A stretch of 64,000 nt of DNA, taken from NCBI RefSeq assembly GCF_009914755.1, contig NC_060937.1. One strand, given 5' to 3'. The stretch comes from the human T2T-CHM13v2.0 reference genome, Homo sapiens. The notes beneath the pieces are model-generated. The model ran no database searches and was not told where the DNA came from. It worked only from the letters and a program-made list of their open reading frames with translations. Shown here piece after piece: positions 17,792-28,284 of the stretch. Position numbers and translations under genes: made by a program. Every line of letters begins with the position of its first letter. Position 1 is the first letter of the stretch.

Positions 17792-18313
17792 TGCCGAGTC
17801 TGCCCTGCAGACTCTGGCCGAGCGACGGATGAAAGGAGTGCTCAGACACAGGTATCCAGTGAAAGAGTGGGCTAGGGGACTGCCAGCACTAAGGGCCAAA
17901 GAGAGTTAGCAGTCCCCCTGAGCCAGCGACGCTCACATTTATTTAGTAGAGATTTAATGACAAAGGCTTGGAGCAAACACAATTTGTGGGTAATAAACAT
18001 TGTCGACCCCCAAGTAGAGAGCAGTCCTGCACATGAATGATCAAAGGTTGGTTTTTGGAGACAGGAGTAGACAAATTTATCTAGCGCAAATGATCAAAGG
18101 TTGGTTTTTGGAGACAGGAGTAAACAAATTTATCTAGATAAGTTCCTTTACATTCCCTTGTTATCTGCCTTTTGCTCCCTGGCTCCAGATAAGAGAATTT
18201 GGCTGCCTTCAGCCAGATCCTCTTTCAAAGCTTTTGCAAAACCTCCCAGCCTTCCAAGAAGGTTTGCATCTTTCCCTCTAACTTTTACCTACCACCCTGA
18301 CCAATCTCCTACA
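17792..18313 (-). mobile_element. 3' LTR (LTR22-like) with an internal 53-bp tandem duplication
   Basis: Starts TGTAGGAGATTGGTCAGGGTGG, ends GACTCGGCA; about 11% divergent from the 5' LTR by hand count over about 240 nt. Confidence 0.88.
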
Positions 18314-18334
18314 TCTCCCCATTTTCTGTTTTTT
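18314..18334 (-). promoter_or_regulatory. Polypurine tract
   Basis: AAAAAACAGAAAATGGGGAGA immediately before the 3' LTR TGTAGG. Confidence 0.85.
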
Positions 18335-18860
18335 TGCATCAGGTTTTGTTGATTGAAGAGTACAGATGTGTGCAGCAACTGGTTTGTCTGGCGTAGTGGT
18401 TACTGCTTGTATTCCAGCTTTGCATCCTAGAATTAGTAAATAACATAAGACAAAATGAGTATAATCAGTAACATTCTTTTCCAATCAAGGAGTGACATGT
18501 AGTGTTTCTTGGCACCTCAGTCCAATGTGTGCTGTTACTAAGGAACCCCACTGAGGGTATGTTACCCCCTTCCAGCCAAGCAGTTACTTTATTGGAGGCT
18601 GGGAAGGTGGTGTCTGCCCAGGTAACAGGGCAGAAGAAAGGCAAATCTAAATGATGATCCCAATAGCGTGTAGCAGGTATGGGTTGCAGGCAGAGTGAGA
18701 GAATAAGAAGGGTTAATACCCAAAAGAGTTGCAGTGTACAACGGAAAGCATAGCAAGGAACAAATTATCTGGAGTGAATGGTGTCTATGTCCAGAGCAGG
18801 ATTCATTCAGCCTTCTGAGTTTTCTTCAGCATCTCCCAGGTAATGTCTGGGGTTTGTGTC
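18335..18860 (-). pseudogene. ERV env remnant (signal/SU N-terminus joined to the TM membrane anchor and tail)
   Basis: Hydrophobic signal-like LTLLILSLCLQP segment, then near 18489 a jump to FVLCYLLILGCKAGIQAV...STKPDAK just before the PPT. Confidence 0.7.
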
Positions 18861-21465
18861 GTCTGAAGAAGCTGCATCATCCAGGGCTATGGGTTCCACA
18901 GGGTCATTTTCTTCATTTCTGGTACCGGGTTGGGTCCTAGCCACGCTATGGTATGGTTTGATGCCTCGTGCTGGAATCCAAAGAGGACCTGAGGGGGTGT
19001 GAACACAAGCATGTCTTCTTCCCAGTGTTAACAATTCAGTTGAACCGCACCATACATTACTGTTTATATCTTTCCATAAAACTGCAGGTTTATGTCTTGA
19101 GAGGTTTTAGCAAAATGCTCTTCTATAGCTGATTGAAATTTATCGTTTAGATTTTAAAAAGTAAGGGTAAATAAGGCTTCTGCCAGTAGTGTTGCAGGGT
19201 CCTTACTCATATTCACTTTTTTGTTGTTTTCTGAGCATATTTTTAAGGGTGGATTGGACACGTTCTACTGTGGCCTGTCCTTGGGGGTTGTGAGGGATGC
19301 CTATGGATTGTTGGATGTTCCACATGTGACAAAATTGCTGAAATTTTGAGCTGGCATAAGCTGGACCAATATCAGTTTTAATTTTTGTGGGCCGCTCCAT
19401 AAATGCAAAAGTTAAAAGAAGATGTTTAATAACATATTGAGCAGACTTTCCAGGAAGAGCATGTATGCTAATTAGGTGAGAATTGGTATCAACGGATGCA
19501 TGTACATATCCTAGTTTTCCAAATTTAGGGATGTGTGTAACATCTGTTTGCCATAACTGATTAGGTTCTAGTTCTCTAGGGTTAACACCTGTTGAAGGAG
19601 GGGACATGCCTGTGAGCTGGCAATTTGGGCATTGCAGGATAATTTGTTTAGTCTTTGGGTAAGTTGAAATCGTTTAGATAAATTTCTCCAATTTTGGTGG
19701 AAACATTGATGCGAATGGGTGGCTTGGTCAAGCAGTGATGTCATAACCTGCAGGTCTGCTTGATCATTGCCATAAGCTAGGGGGCCAGGCAGTGAGCTGT
19801 GGGCCCAAATGTATGTAATAAAAATAGGATGTGTACATTGATCCACCGATTGCTGAAATCAAAGAAAAACTGCACACAGGGTGGGCTTGAGAGTGGACTT
19901 AATAAGGGCTGTTTCAAGGTTCTGCAATAAATAAACAGAGTAAGCAGAGTCACTAACCATATTGATTGGCTGAGCAGGAAAGGTCTCTAGGGCCAGTATT
20001 AAGGCTCCAACCTCAGCTTTCTTGAGTGTTAGTAAATCCAGAACAAGTGAGGGAATTGTGCAGTCTCCACCAAATAACTACTTTTCCATTTTTACCAGAG
20101 CCGTCAATAAAAAGCATTAAAGAATTAGGTATTGTGGGTGGGGGGGGTGTGGCGGTGAACCACTTTTGTAGGCATAACTACAGGAGTACTAGATAATAAC
20201 TGAAGTAGTTTATCGGCAGGAAGGGCATGTTCTATATGGCCTGTGTAATCAGAGAGTGCTATTTGCAGGTCTAGAGATAAAGGCAAGACTGCTTTGAATT
20301 GCTTTTTACTTAAAGGACTTCCGATGACATCATGGTCATAACCTAGAAACTGATTGCATCATCTGCGGCCTAAATAGATGATTTTACTAACTAGCTGGGT
20401 ACAGGGAGATAGAGTTTTAGTTCTGGTATGTGAGCAAAAAACTCATTTTAGGAAGCATAGCCCTGGGGACATCTGTCCTATTAATCCTGTTGGGGAATGC
20501 TTAGTAGGAAAAACAAACAATTGAACTGAATATTGAATATCGTGGGTCTGTGCAATCCTGTTGCCTCTGAAAAATAGCATGCTCTATTTCCTCAATTTCC
20601 CTTTTTGCTGCAGGAGTTAAATACCTGGGAGAGTCTAGGGCTGTATTGCCCTTTAGGATAGAAACAGGTTTTGTAATGTATCAGTTATGCCCAAGGTGGG
20701 GTGAAGCCAGTTAATATCTCCTAGTAATTTCTGATAATCATTTAATGTGTGTAAGTTGCTAGTATTTAACTTTTTAAGGTCTTACTGACCGGTAAGTTAG
20801 AATGTATCCAAGATATTTCTAAGGAGAAGACAATTGTACTTTTTCAGGTGCTATGATTAAACCTCTTAACTGTGTATTCTTTACGACAGAGGCATATAGA
20901 CTTACAAGTCCTGGCTCCGTTGGAGCTGCTAGTAAAATATCATCCATAAAATGAATAATCTTGCAATTAGGAAAGTCTTTTCTAATGGGGAGCAAAGCCT
21001 GATTTACATGATACTGACACAGTATTCCTTGAGGGAGTACTTTCCAATGAAATTGGCGAGCTGGCCTTTATTGATAACTGGTATTTTAAACACAAATTTT
21101 TCTCTGTCCTGTTCTGCAAGGGGAATAGTATAAAAGCAGTCATTTAAGTCAATAAGACTATAGGTCAAACTACAGGAATTGCCGCTGGGGAAGGGAGGCC
21201 CTGTTGTAGGGGCCTCATAGGTTGCAAATTAGCATTGATAGCCCATAAGTCATGCAAAAGTCTCCATTTGCCAGACTTTTTGGGAATGAGGAAAATGGGC
21301 AAATTCCAAGGGCTGTTTGACAGTTGTATATGGCTGGCTTTTAATTGTTCCTCAGCTAATTCATGGGCTCTTTGTAATTTCTCTCCCTTTAAAGGTCACT
21401 GTTCTACCTAAATAAGATTTTGAGAGAGCCTCATCAGGGGTAGGGGAGAAATAACAGTGGCCATT
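18810..21465 (-). pseudogene. ERV pol remnant (RT, RNase H, integrase) with stops and frameshifts
   Basis: [60 protein letters not shown], integrase WQTDVTH...KTD...(35)E. Confidence 0.92.
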
Positions 21466-21492
21466 ATTAGAAAGAGATCTGCAGAGTGACCT

Positions 21493-21920
21493 CAACCCTC
21501 TTGTAAATGGGCTAGCGGCTCCGTTTTCTTTAATGCTTTTCCTTATCTCTTTATAAGCGTTAAAAGTAACGGGTTCATACACCTGATTGTGTTGTCAATT
21601 TTGCGTTACCAGGCAGGCCAAGAGCTCCCCTTCTAATGCCGCTTGCCTAAGACAGGGTCCCATAGCTGTAGCATATTCCTTGTCTTTTCTCCAATTTATT
21701 GGAGGACGGGGCTCAGGCAAAACCTCCGTTTCCTCTTTGTTATCTTTGCCCGGTAACAGCGGGGCTGAGGGAGAAGGGGGAGGAACCATGGGTTATGGGA
21801 AACAACAGTTTGCATTAGGTCCCTTAATTGAGCCTGCGAAACCGAGCCTCCACTAGCTTTAAGCAGCTGTTTCATTACTTTTATATACTGTTGCTGTTGA
21901 GCTGATAACTGTTGTCCCAT
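21493..21920 (-). pseudogene. ERV gag remnant (MA N-terminus fused to proline-rich/early CA segment)
   Basis: MGQQLSAQQQQYIKVMKQLLKASG...HNPWF (betaretroviral MA), then PPPSPSAPLLP...RQAALEGE and YEPVTFNAYKEIRKSIKENGAASPFTRGL. Confidence 0.85.
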
Positions 21921-22044
21921 GATGAAACCCTAGCCTGAACAATTCCCTCGAACTTGGAAATCCCAAGCGGGCACCAGTGACTTACTGACTGCGCAGTCTC
22001 TTCACCTTCATTTTCGAGGGTTCCATTGTGATCCATTGCAGCGT

Positions 22045-22062
22045 TCCTCTCATGGGGCACCA
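22045..22062 (-). promoter_or_regulatory. Primer-binding site, tRNA-Met type
   Basis: TGGTGCCCCATGAGAGGA, 2 nt after the 5' LTR; 16/18 match to the complement of the elongator tRNA-Met 3' end (TGGTGCCCCGTGTGAGGA, recalled). Confidence 0.85.
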
Positions 22063-22064
22063 CC

Positions 22065-22535
22065 TGCCAAGTCTGTCCCTCAGACTATGGCCGAGTGACA
22101 GATGAAAGGAAAGGAGTACTCAGACACAGGTATCCAGTGAAACAGCAGGCTAGGGACTGCCGGCACTAGGGGCCGAAGAGAGTTAGCAGTCCCCCTAAGC
22201 CAGTGATGCTCGCATTTATTTAGTACAGATTTAATGACAAAAGCTTGGAGCAAACACAATTTGTGGGTAACAAACATTGTCGACCCCCCAAATAGAAAGC
22301 AGTCCTGCTTGTGAATGATCAGAAGTTGGGTTTTGGGGACAGGAGGAAACCAATTTATCTAGATAAGTTTCTTTACATTCCATTGTTATCTGCCGTTTGC
22401 TCTCAGGCTCCGGATAAGAGAATTTGACTGCCTTCAGCCAAATCCTCTTTCGAAGCTTTTGCAAAACCTCGCGGCCTTCCAAGAAGGTTTGCATCTTTCC
22501 CTCTAACTTTTACCCACCACCCTGACCAATCTACA
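22065..22535 (-). mobile_element. 5' LTR (LTR22-like)
   Basis: Starts TGTAGATTGGTCAGGGTGGTGGG, ends GACTTGGCA, AATAAA inside. Confidence 0.88.
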
Positions 22536-23574
22536 AGTATCAGCCTGGGTGTGGAAACCTGCCTTGTCAACCCATTGCTGTTCCAAGCCCCTTTCTCCTT
22601 CACAAAATCAGGATAGTAGTTGTGCCCGACACCTTGGATTGTTGGAAGGCATAAGCAAAGGACTGCTGAGAAGACATTTAAGGATGGCACCTGGCATCTA
22701 AGAGGAGGGGGAAGGAGGGTGGATCAGGCAATGGCAAGCCATGCAGATGCCCCACAGCTTGGAAGTCCCAAAAGTCTACTTGTAAATCCTTTTCTTCTTA
22801 ATTCCAGTGTAAACAAGCAGTACCCAGAAACATCTCTACAAAAAGGCAGTGAAAGTTGGTTCTTCAAGCTTTGAGGCACTGTGCTGAGAAGCACTGAGGG
22901 ATCTTTTAGGCATAGTTTCATTTACGTTGCAAATGTATTGGGATTGGTAATTGCCCTCTTTGATGAACTCTGCCAGTGTGAAGGAATTTCTCTACTACCC
23001 ACATTGCCTCCCTGCCCACTTTCAAGGTACAGGATCAAATGGGCTTTGAACCTCTGAGAATACCCCGGTCTTGGGCAATGTTTCAGCAGCGGCATTTTCT
23101 ATGGTACTTAGCGTTCATGTTCCCTGCCATGCGGCCTCTTAGATTAACAGGACTCCTTGGTGCGCAGGATTAATGTGGGTGAGCCCTTGAGCCTTCAAGT
23201 TGTTGGGTTGATGGCTGTCTTTCCTACTGCGGATCCTTGTTGATGGTACAGTCCCGGCAGTTTTCACATGCTACACATTTCACTCTGAGTCTTTCAGAGT
23301 CACTCTTAGCTGTTAGTTTGTTCCACAGCTAAGTGCCTCAATCATCATCATTTTCTCAGTACTTTTAGTCCTCATTGTTTTCACGTGTATCTGACATAAG
23401 TTGGACAGAATGCCTCAAATAAGCACACATTCTAGAGACTAACACTTTTCCCTGGAGTGTAGGTGGTGGTTGTATTTCATTCAGCAATGATTTATTGAGT
23501 TTCCATTCTGTGCCGGGCATTGTCCTAGGCACATGGAATGCATTGAAGAAAACAAAGATGTCTGCCCTGGATCA

Positions 23575-23815
23575 AGGCAATGTGCCGTAGTGATTAAGAG
23601 CACAGATTACAGATTTATACTGCTAAGCTTAGAATCCTGGATCTGCCACTTCCTAACTGGCGGACCTTGAACAAATTGCATAGTCTCTTTGGGCCACAGT
23701 TTCTTCCTTTGCAACATGGCAGTAATTAATAGTCTCTTACTCAGAATTGTTTTGAATGTGAATGAATTAACATGTTAAAATGCTGAGACAGTTGCTGGCA
23801 CATTCAGAGTAAAGC
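23575..23815 (+). mobile_element. MIR SINE
   Basis: gtagtgattaagagcacag...aatcctggatctgccacttcctaactg...cagtttcttcc. Confidence 0.8.
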
Positions 23816-24251
23816 ATTACATTTATTTGTCCTAGTCATGAACTGAAAGTTTTAAGACATAACCTCTGGGTATACACATAGACAAATGTGTAATGATTAC
23901 TATTTATAAGAAAACTGAAAACTCAAAAGTCATTTACCTGATTAAGAGTTATATAGCTAAAAAAATTTAGAATAGTGATTAACCTTTCAACTCTGTTGCT
24001 TCTGGCATTCCGTTTCAACCAGGTGCAGCTACCCTAACTCATTTAATCTATATGTGTAATATAGTAGCTCATTTGATGTTTATTAATAAGGCATCATATT
24101 TGATGTACAATACAATTGTACGTACCTGGATATACAGTATTTCTGCATTATAAATCTTAGGCAAAAGAATACATGAATTTAAATTCAGATAAGAATTTAC
24201 TTTTAAAGACATTTTACTGATATCTGAAATATTTTTTAATTTGCTGTACAG

Positions 24252-24459
24252 TGACATGGACAAACAAAAATCCACCCTCGTAGATGCCCTTTGTAGGAAA
24301 GGTTGTGCCCTGGCAGACCATCTTCTTCACACCCAGGCTCAAGACGGAGCCATTTCCACTGATGCAGAAGGAAAGGAGGAGGAAGGAGAAAGTCCTTTGG
24401 ATTCTCTGGCAGAAACATTTTGGGAAACTACTAAATGGACTGATCTCTTTGACAATAAG
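24252..24459 (+). CDS. TPP2: TPP2 coding exon (DMDKQKSTLVDALCRKG...WTDLFDNK)
   Basis: tacag|TGACATG...AATAAG|gtaac; 208 nt, phase 2/0; core of ORF 24241..24537. Confidence 0.97.
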
Positions 24460-25284
24460 GTAACGTTTCTGCTTCTTGTTTCAGCAAAGTTCTTGGGGTT
24501 ACCTCACAGACCTCTCTTGTGCCCCATTGCTGGTTAAAAGAGGAAGAAGATAAATGGAAAGAATCTACACTGGGCTCTGAATATGACATGTTTAGCCTAG
24601 TACTTCATGTTTGTCTCACCTTTTTTTAAAAAACATTATTTTATGGTACTGCAAACTGGCTGTTAAACCACAATAATTTTAAAAACAGTTTGAGAATATG
24701 TGTAGTAGGCTTTTAGTTAAACCAGTTATGTATGTAGCTAAATTAAGAAAGTCTTCTAGAAAATGCCTTCAGGCCCACCCTTCTCTAGTTATATGCTAAT
24801 TTGTTGGTGGTAGGAGATTGGGGGCAGGTTGAGGAGACATACTGGTTAGTTGTTACTTATTTTCCTCAAAACTCTTGAATTTCTAAGTAATTATCATCTT
24901 GATTTGTAGCTAATCAGTTTTAAAACCCAATTCATAAAAGCATCGTTGATGAACTTTTTTGGATTTTGGTTACAAAAACATTTTAAATCTCTTTTAGCTC
25001 TCTACTATAATTCTTGCAATAGCGTTTATACAAGTTATTAATCTTCTTTTCCTGTGGAAATAAAATAAAGTAAATGGAGTCAGTAGGATTCCCCTCGCGT
25101 ATCACAGACCATCATTTTGTTTTAGTAGACAGGTGCTTGTTCTCAGAATTAACTGGTAATTTGCAGTAAAGAACCCTGGAAGTGGGAAGAAAATTCTTAT
25201 ATGGTTCAGATTTTTCCAACACAGTACAGTGGTGCATTTAAAGAAGGTACTCAGTTACTCAGTTATATTTGGGAAACTGAAGGA

Positions 25285-25485
25285 GCCAGTATTGCAGCAG
25301 AGGTCAGGAATTTGAATCTGAAATTAGAGCCCTTGAGTTTGGCTCCTGCCTCTACCACTTTTATGTATGACCTTAGGCAACTTACAAAATTTTGATACCT
25401 TAGTTTCTTATCTACACGACCTGCCTTAGGCTGTGATGAATGAGTATTAAGTACATGCAAAGTCCCCAACAATATTTGCTGTTAT
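25285..25485 (+). mobile_element. MIR fragment
   Basis: ctgcctctaccact...tgaccttaggcaac...cttagtttctta. Confidence 0.6.
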
Positions 25486-26264
25486 TGCAAACAATTATTG
25501 AAGGCCTATGTGCCAGACACTACTTACTACTGGAAACATAAAGATGAATAAGAACCTGCTTTCTGTCTTTGAGGAATGTAACAGAGATTGACAAACACTT
25601 GATGAACATATAATGAAATTGTTATAGATCATTCTATTTTTGCAATACTACTACTATATTAGGGGCTATGCATTCTATTACCTGTTTACTGTGTTTACTG
25701 TGTCCATGGCAACAATTGTTAAATACTTTAGTTGCCTTTACAATACAAATCAGTGTCAGGATTTTCTTTGAGTACATTCTCCACATTCCAAAGTAGAGAC
25801 CAAAAATATATATAAATGATTATAAGTATATTTGACAGATGCAGTAATTACAGGTAAAAACTTGTACCAAAGAAACCATGTTTATATAATCTAATACTTG
25901 TTTTTTTACTTCTATCCTCATTTGCAATTTTGGCATTTTTTATTTCTATCCTGATTTGCATCTTTGTAATTATTTATGTTAGCTCTGGTTTCTTGTGCAT
26001 GAAGAGGTATTTTTAAGTGGATTTCCACGGCTAATAATTTCTCATATTAGTTTTCTTCCCAAAAAACAGATGGTTCATTCTGTGGAATACTCAGCTCTTT
26101 TGAAGACACCAACTTTCTTTTTCAAAGTTTTTAAAAATGTACTCTATGTACCATATTCATTTCAAAAGCTACACTTCTGTTAAAGCCTTAATTTTATTGT
26201 TAAAGCTAATGCCTTAAAATGTAAATTATTTTATAAAAAAGCTTTATCATGTTTTACATTGTAG

Positions 26265-26384
26265 GTTTTGACATTTGCATATAAACATGCATTAGTAAAT
26301 AAAATGTATGGGAGAGGCCTTAAATTTGCAACTAAACTTGTGGAAGAAAAACCAACAAAAGAAAACTGGAAAAATTGTATTCAA
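26265..26384 (+). CDS. TPP2: TPP2 penultimate exon ([20 protein letters not shown]...NWKNCIQ)
   Basis: tgtag|GTTTTG...ATTCAA|gtaagt; 120 nt, phase 0/0. Confidence 0.97.
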
Positions 26385-27329
26385 GTAAGTGATATTTAAA
26401 ATGTCACTGTTAAGCATCACTTTGATATTGCATAGTGACAAGATAACTAGAAAGGATTAGGACTGTGATATAGCAATACTGGTTTTATTGTGACCAGTTA
26501 TTACAGTAATTAGCGTAATATGAACTATAGAATAAATATATGAGAGACAGTCAATAAGCTATTTAAATTTTAAAAACACTTTTCACTGCTATCCAAAAAA
26601 CTGATACTAGCCTCAAATGTTTTCAACAAGGGCAAATGCATTTTGAATTTTGTAACCGTAGAAGCCAGTTTTTCTTTATGAAGGAAACAAATCCTTTTAA
26701 AGGCATGTTGCCTCAACTCTAAAATGGTTCAACTTCTGGAGTTTATATTTGATTTTATTCTTCATTTGAGATGGTAGGCATTTTTAAAATTATCTTACCA
26801 TATACAATATTATGTGCAGAGAAATTTTATAGTTGAGGTTTCTGCACAAGTTAGTTGTCAAGTAAAAAAATTTAGCTGATTTCTACAGAAGTTACTTTAG
26901 TCTGACCTCGTCTTTGAACATGCTTAATTGGTTTATGCCTAAAGGATACGTGAAGGCAGGGGAGTTTGGTGGTGCCAGATTCAGCTAAAGGGCAAGTCCA
27001 GGTTAATTATACTTTATATGTAAGGTACCCTTTGGATGTAAAACTGATCAGTAGGTTCCTCTGAAAATGTTTGATAATTAGAGTAAGCTATATTCATATT
27101 TACTCTTAGAGCTTTTTGTTTACCTTCACCAGTCAGTCCAAATTGTAAGACATTTTAAATTAGCTCCTCCAGATCTTTGACTAGATTAAGAGAACTCTTT
27201 CTGGAGCCAGGTGTTGATATGTCTAATGTGGTTCTCATCATGTGGAATCTGATCCGTGAGCACTTAGGTTTGTAAAGCCAGTGATCCCTGCCGACGTTCA
27301 CATCAGGGAGTGTTTCTTAACTTGTCTGC

Positions 27330-27875
27330 CCTCCACTCTGCCCCCCCGCTGCCTGTTCTCCACACAGCAGCTGGAAAAGATGCCTTTTGACACCTGCTGA
27401 TGAATCTCCATCACATTTGGAATAAAATCCAAACTCTCCCCAGTGGTCCATAAGGCCCCTGCCTACCTCTCCAGACTTATTTCATATCACACTTGCCCAT
27501 ACAAACTCTGCTTCTGCCACACCAGCATCTCTGCTTAGCACAAACAGCCACACCTTTTCCTACCAAAGGACCTTAGCACTAACTACTCTGGCTGGATGGA
27601 ATGTCTTTCCCAGATTTTCGCACAGATTTCTTGTCATTCAAACTCAACTGGAGTATCACCTCCATAGAGATCCTTTCTTAACCATCTAACTCCCCAGTTA
27701 GTTTATATTGTGTCAAATATTATTTCTACTGTACACCTGATAAATATCTTATTACTTGTTTATTCATTTATTAATTTGCTTATTATTTGCTTTTCCTGAA
27801 AGTGGGAGGTGAATTTGTTCAGTGCTGTTTTCCCAGTGTTTGACATGATAGTTACTCAGAAAAAATGAATGAAAG
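27330..27875 (+). mobile_element. L2 3' fragment
   Basis: ggaataaaatccaaactc...cccctgcctacctctccag...; ends in tgaatgaa. Confidence 0.7.
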
Positions 27876-28194
27876 GAACTTAGGTTGGTAGGAAGGAAAG
27901 GAACAAGTAAGTTGGAAGGAAGAAGGGAGGAACACAGGTTAATAGGAAAGAGGGAAAAGGACAGTTGGTAGGGATAATGATGAGAACAATAGGTTGGTTG
28001 GTAGGAAAGTTGGTTGATAGTAAGAAAAGTTGGTTGGTGGGAAGGAGGATCAATGGGTGGGTGACGGTTGGTGGAAGGAAGGTTCTATATGCTACTACCT
28101 TACTGTTACTATTTAATACAGAATTTATTCTAAATACTGAGCTTAAAAATCTGTCACTTCCTTTATAATAATATATTATTGTATTTTGTTGTAG

Positions 28195-28284
28195 CTGATG
28201 AAGTTACTTGGATGGACCCATTGTGCATCTTTTACTGAAAACTGGCTCCCCATCATGTATCCTCCCGATTATTGCGTATTCTAA
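28195..28284 (+). CDS. TPP2: TPP2 last coding exon (LMKLLGWTHCASFTENWLPIMYPPDYCVF*)
   Basis: tgtag|CTGATG...TTC TAA; matches the TPP2 C-terminus. Confidence 0.97.
   Translation: MMKLLGWTHCASFTENWLPIMYPPDYCVF

Larger units (their letters stand above)
17792..22535 (-). mobile_element. Internally deleted HERV-K(HML-5)/HERVK22-like provirus, antisense in a TPP2 intron
   Basis: Two related LTRs (TG...CA), PBS, PPT, betaretroviral gag/pol/env remnants; degenerate 6-bp TSD agcatt (17786-91) / agtatc (22536-41). Confidence 0.9.

Noticed and set aside
20134-20156. G-run within the ERV pol as a functional G-quadruplex
   Set aside because: Looks like local slippage in a dead reading frame; too few G-tracts to argue function
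24460-24537. C-terminal extension of ORF 24241..24537 (VTFLLLVSAKF...)
   Set aside because: Intron sequence after a canonical AAG|gtaac donor; no sign of an alternative last exon
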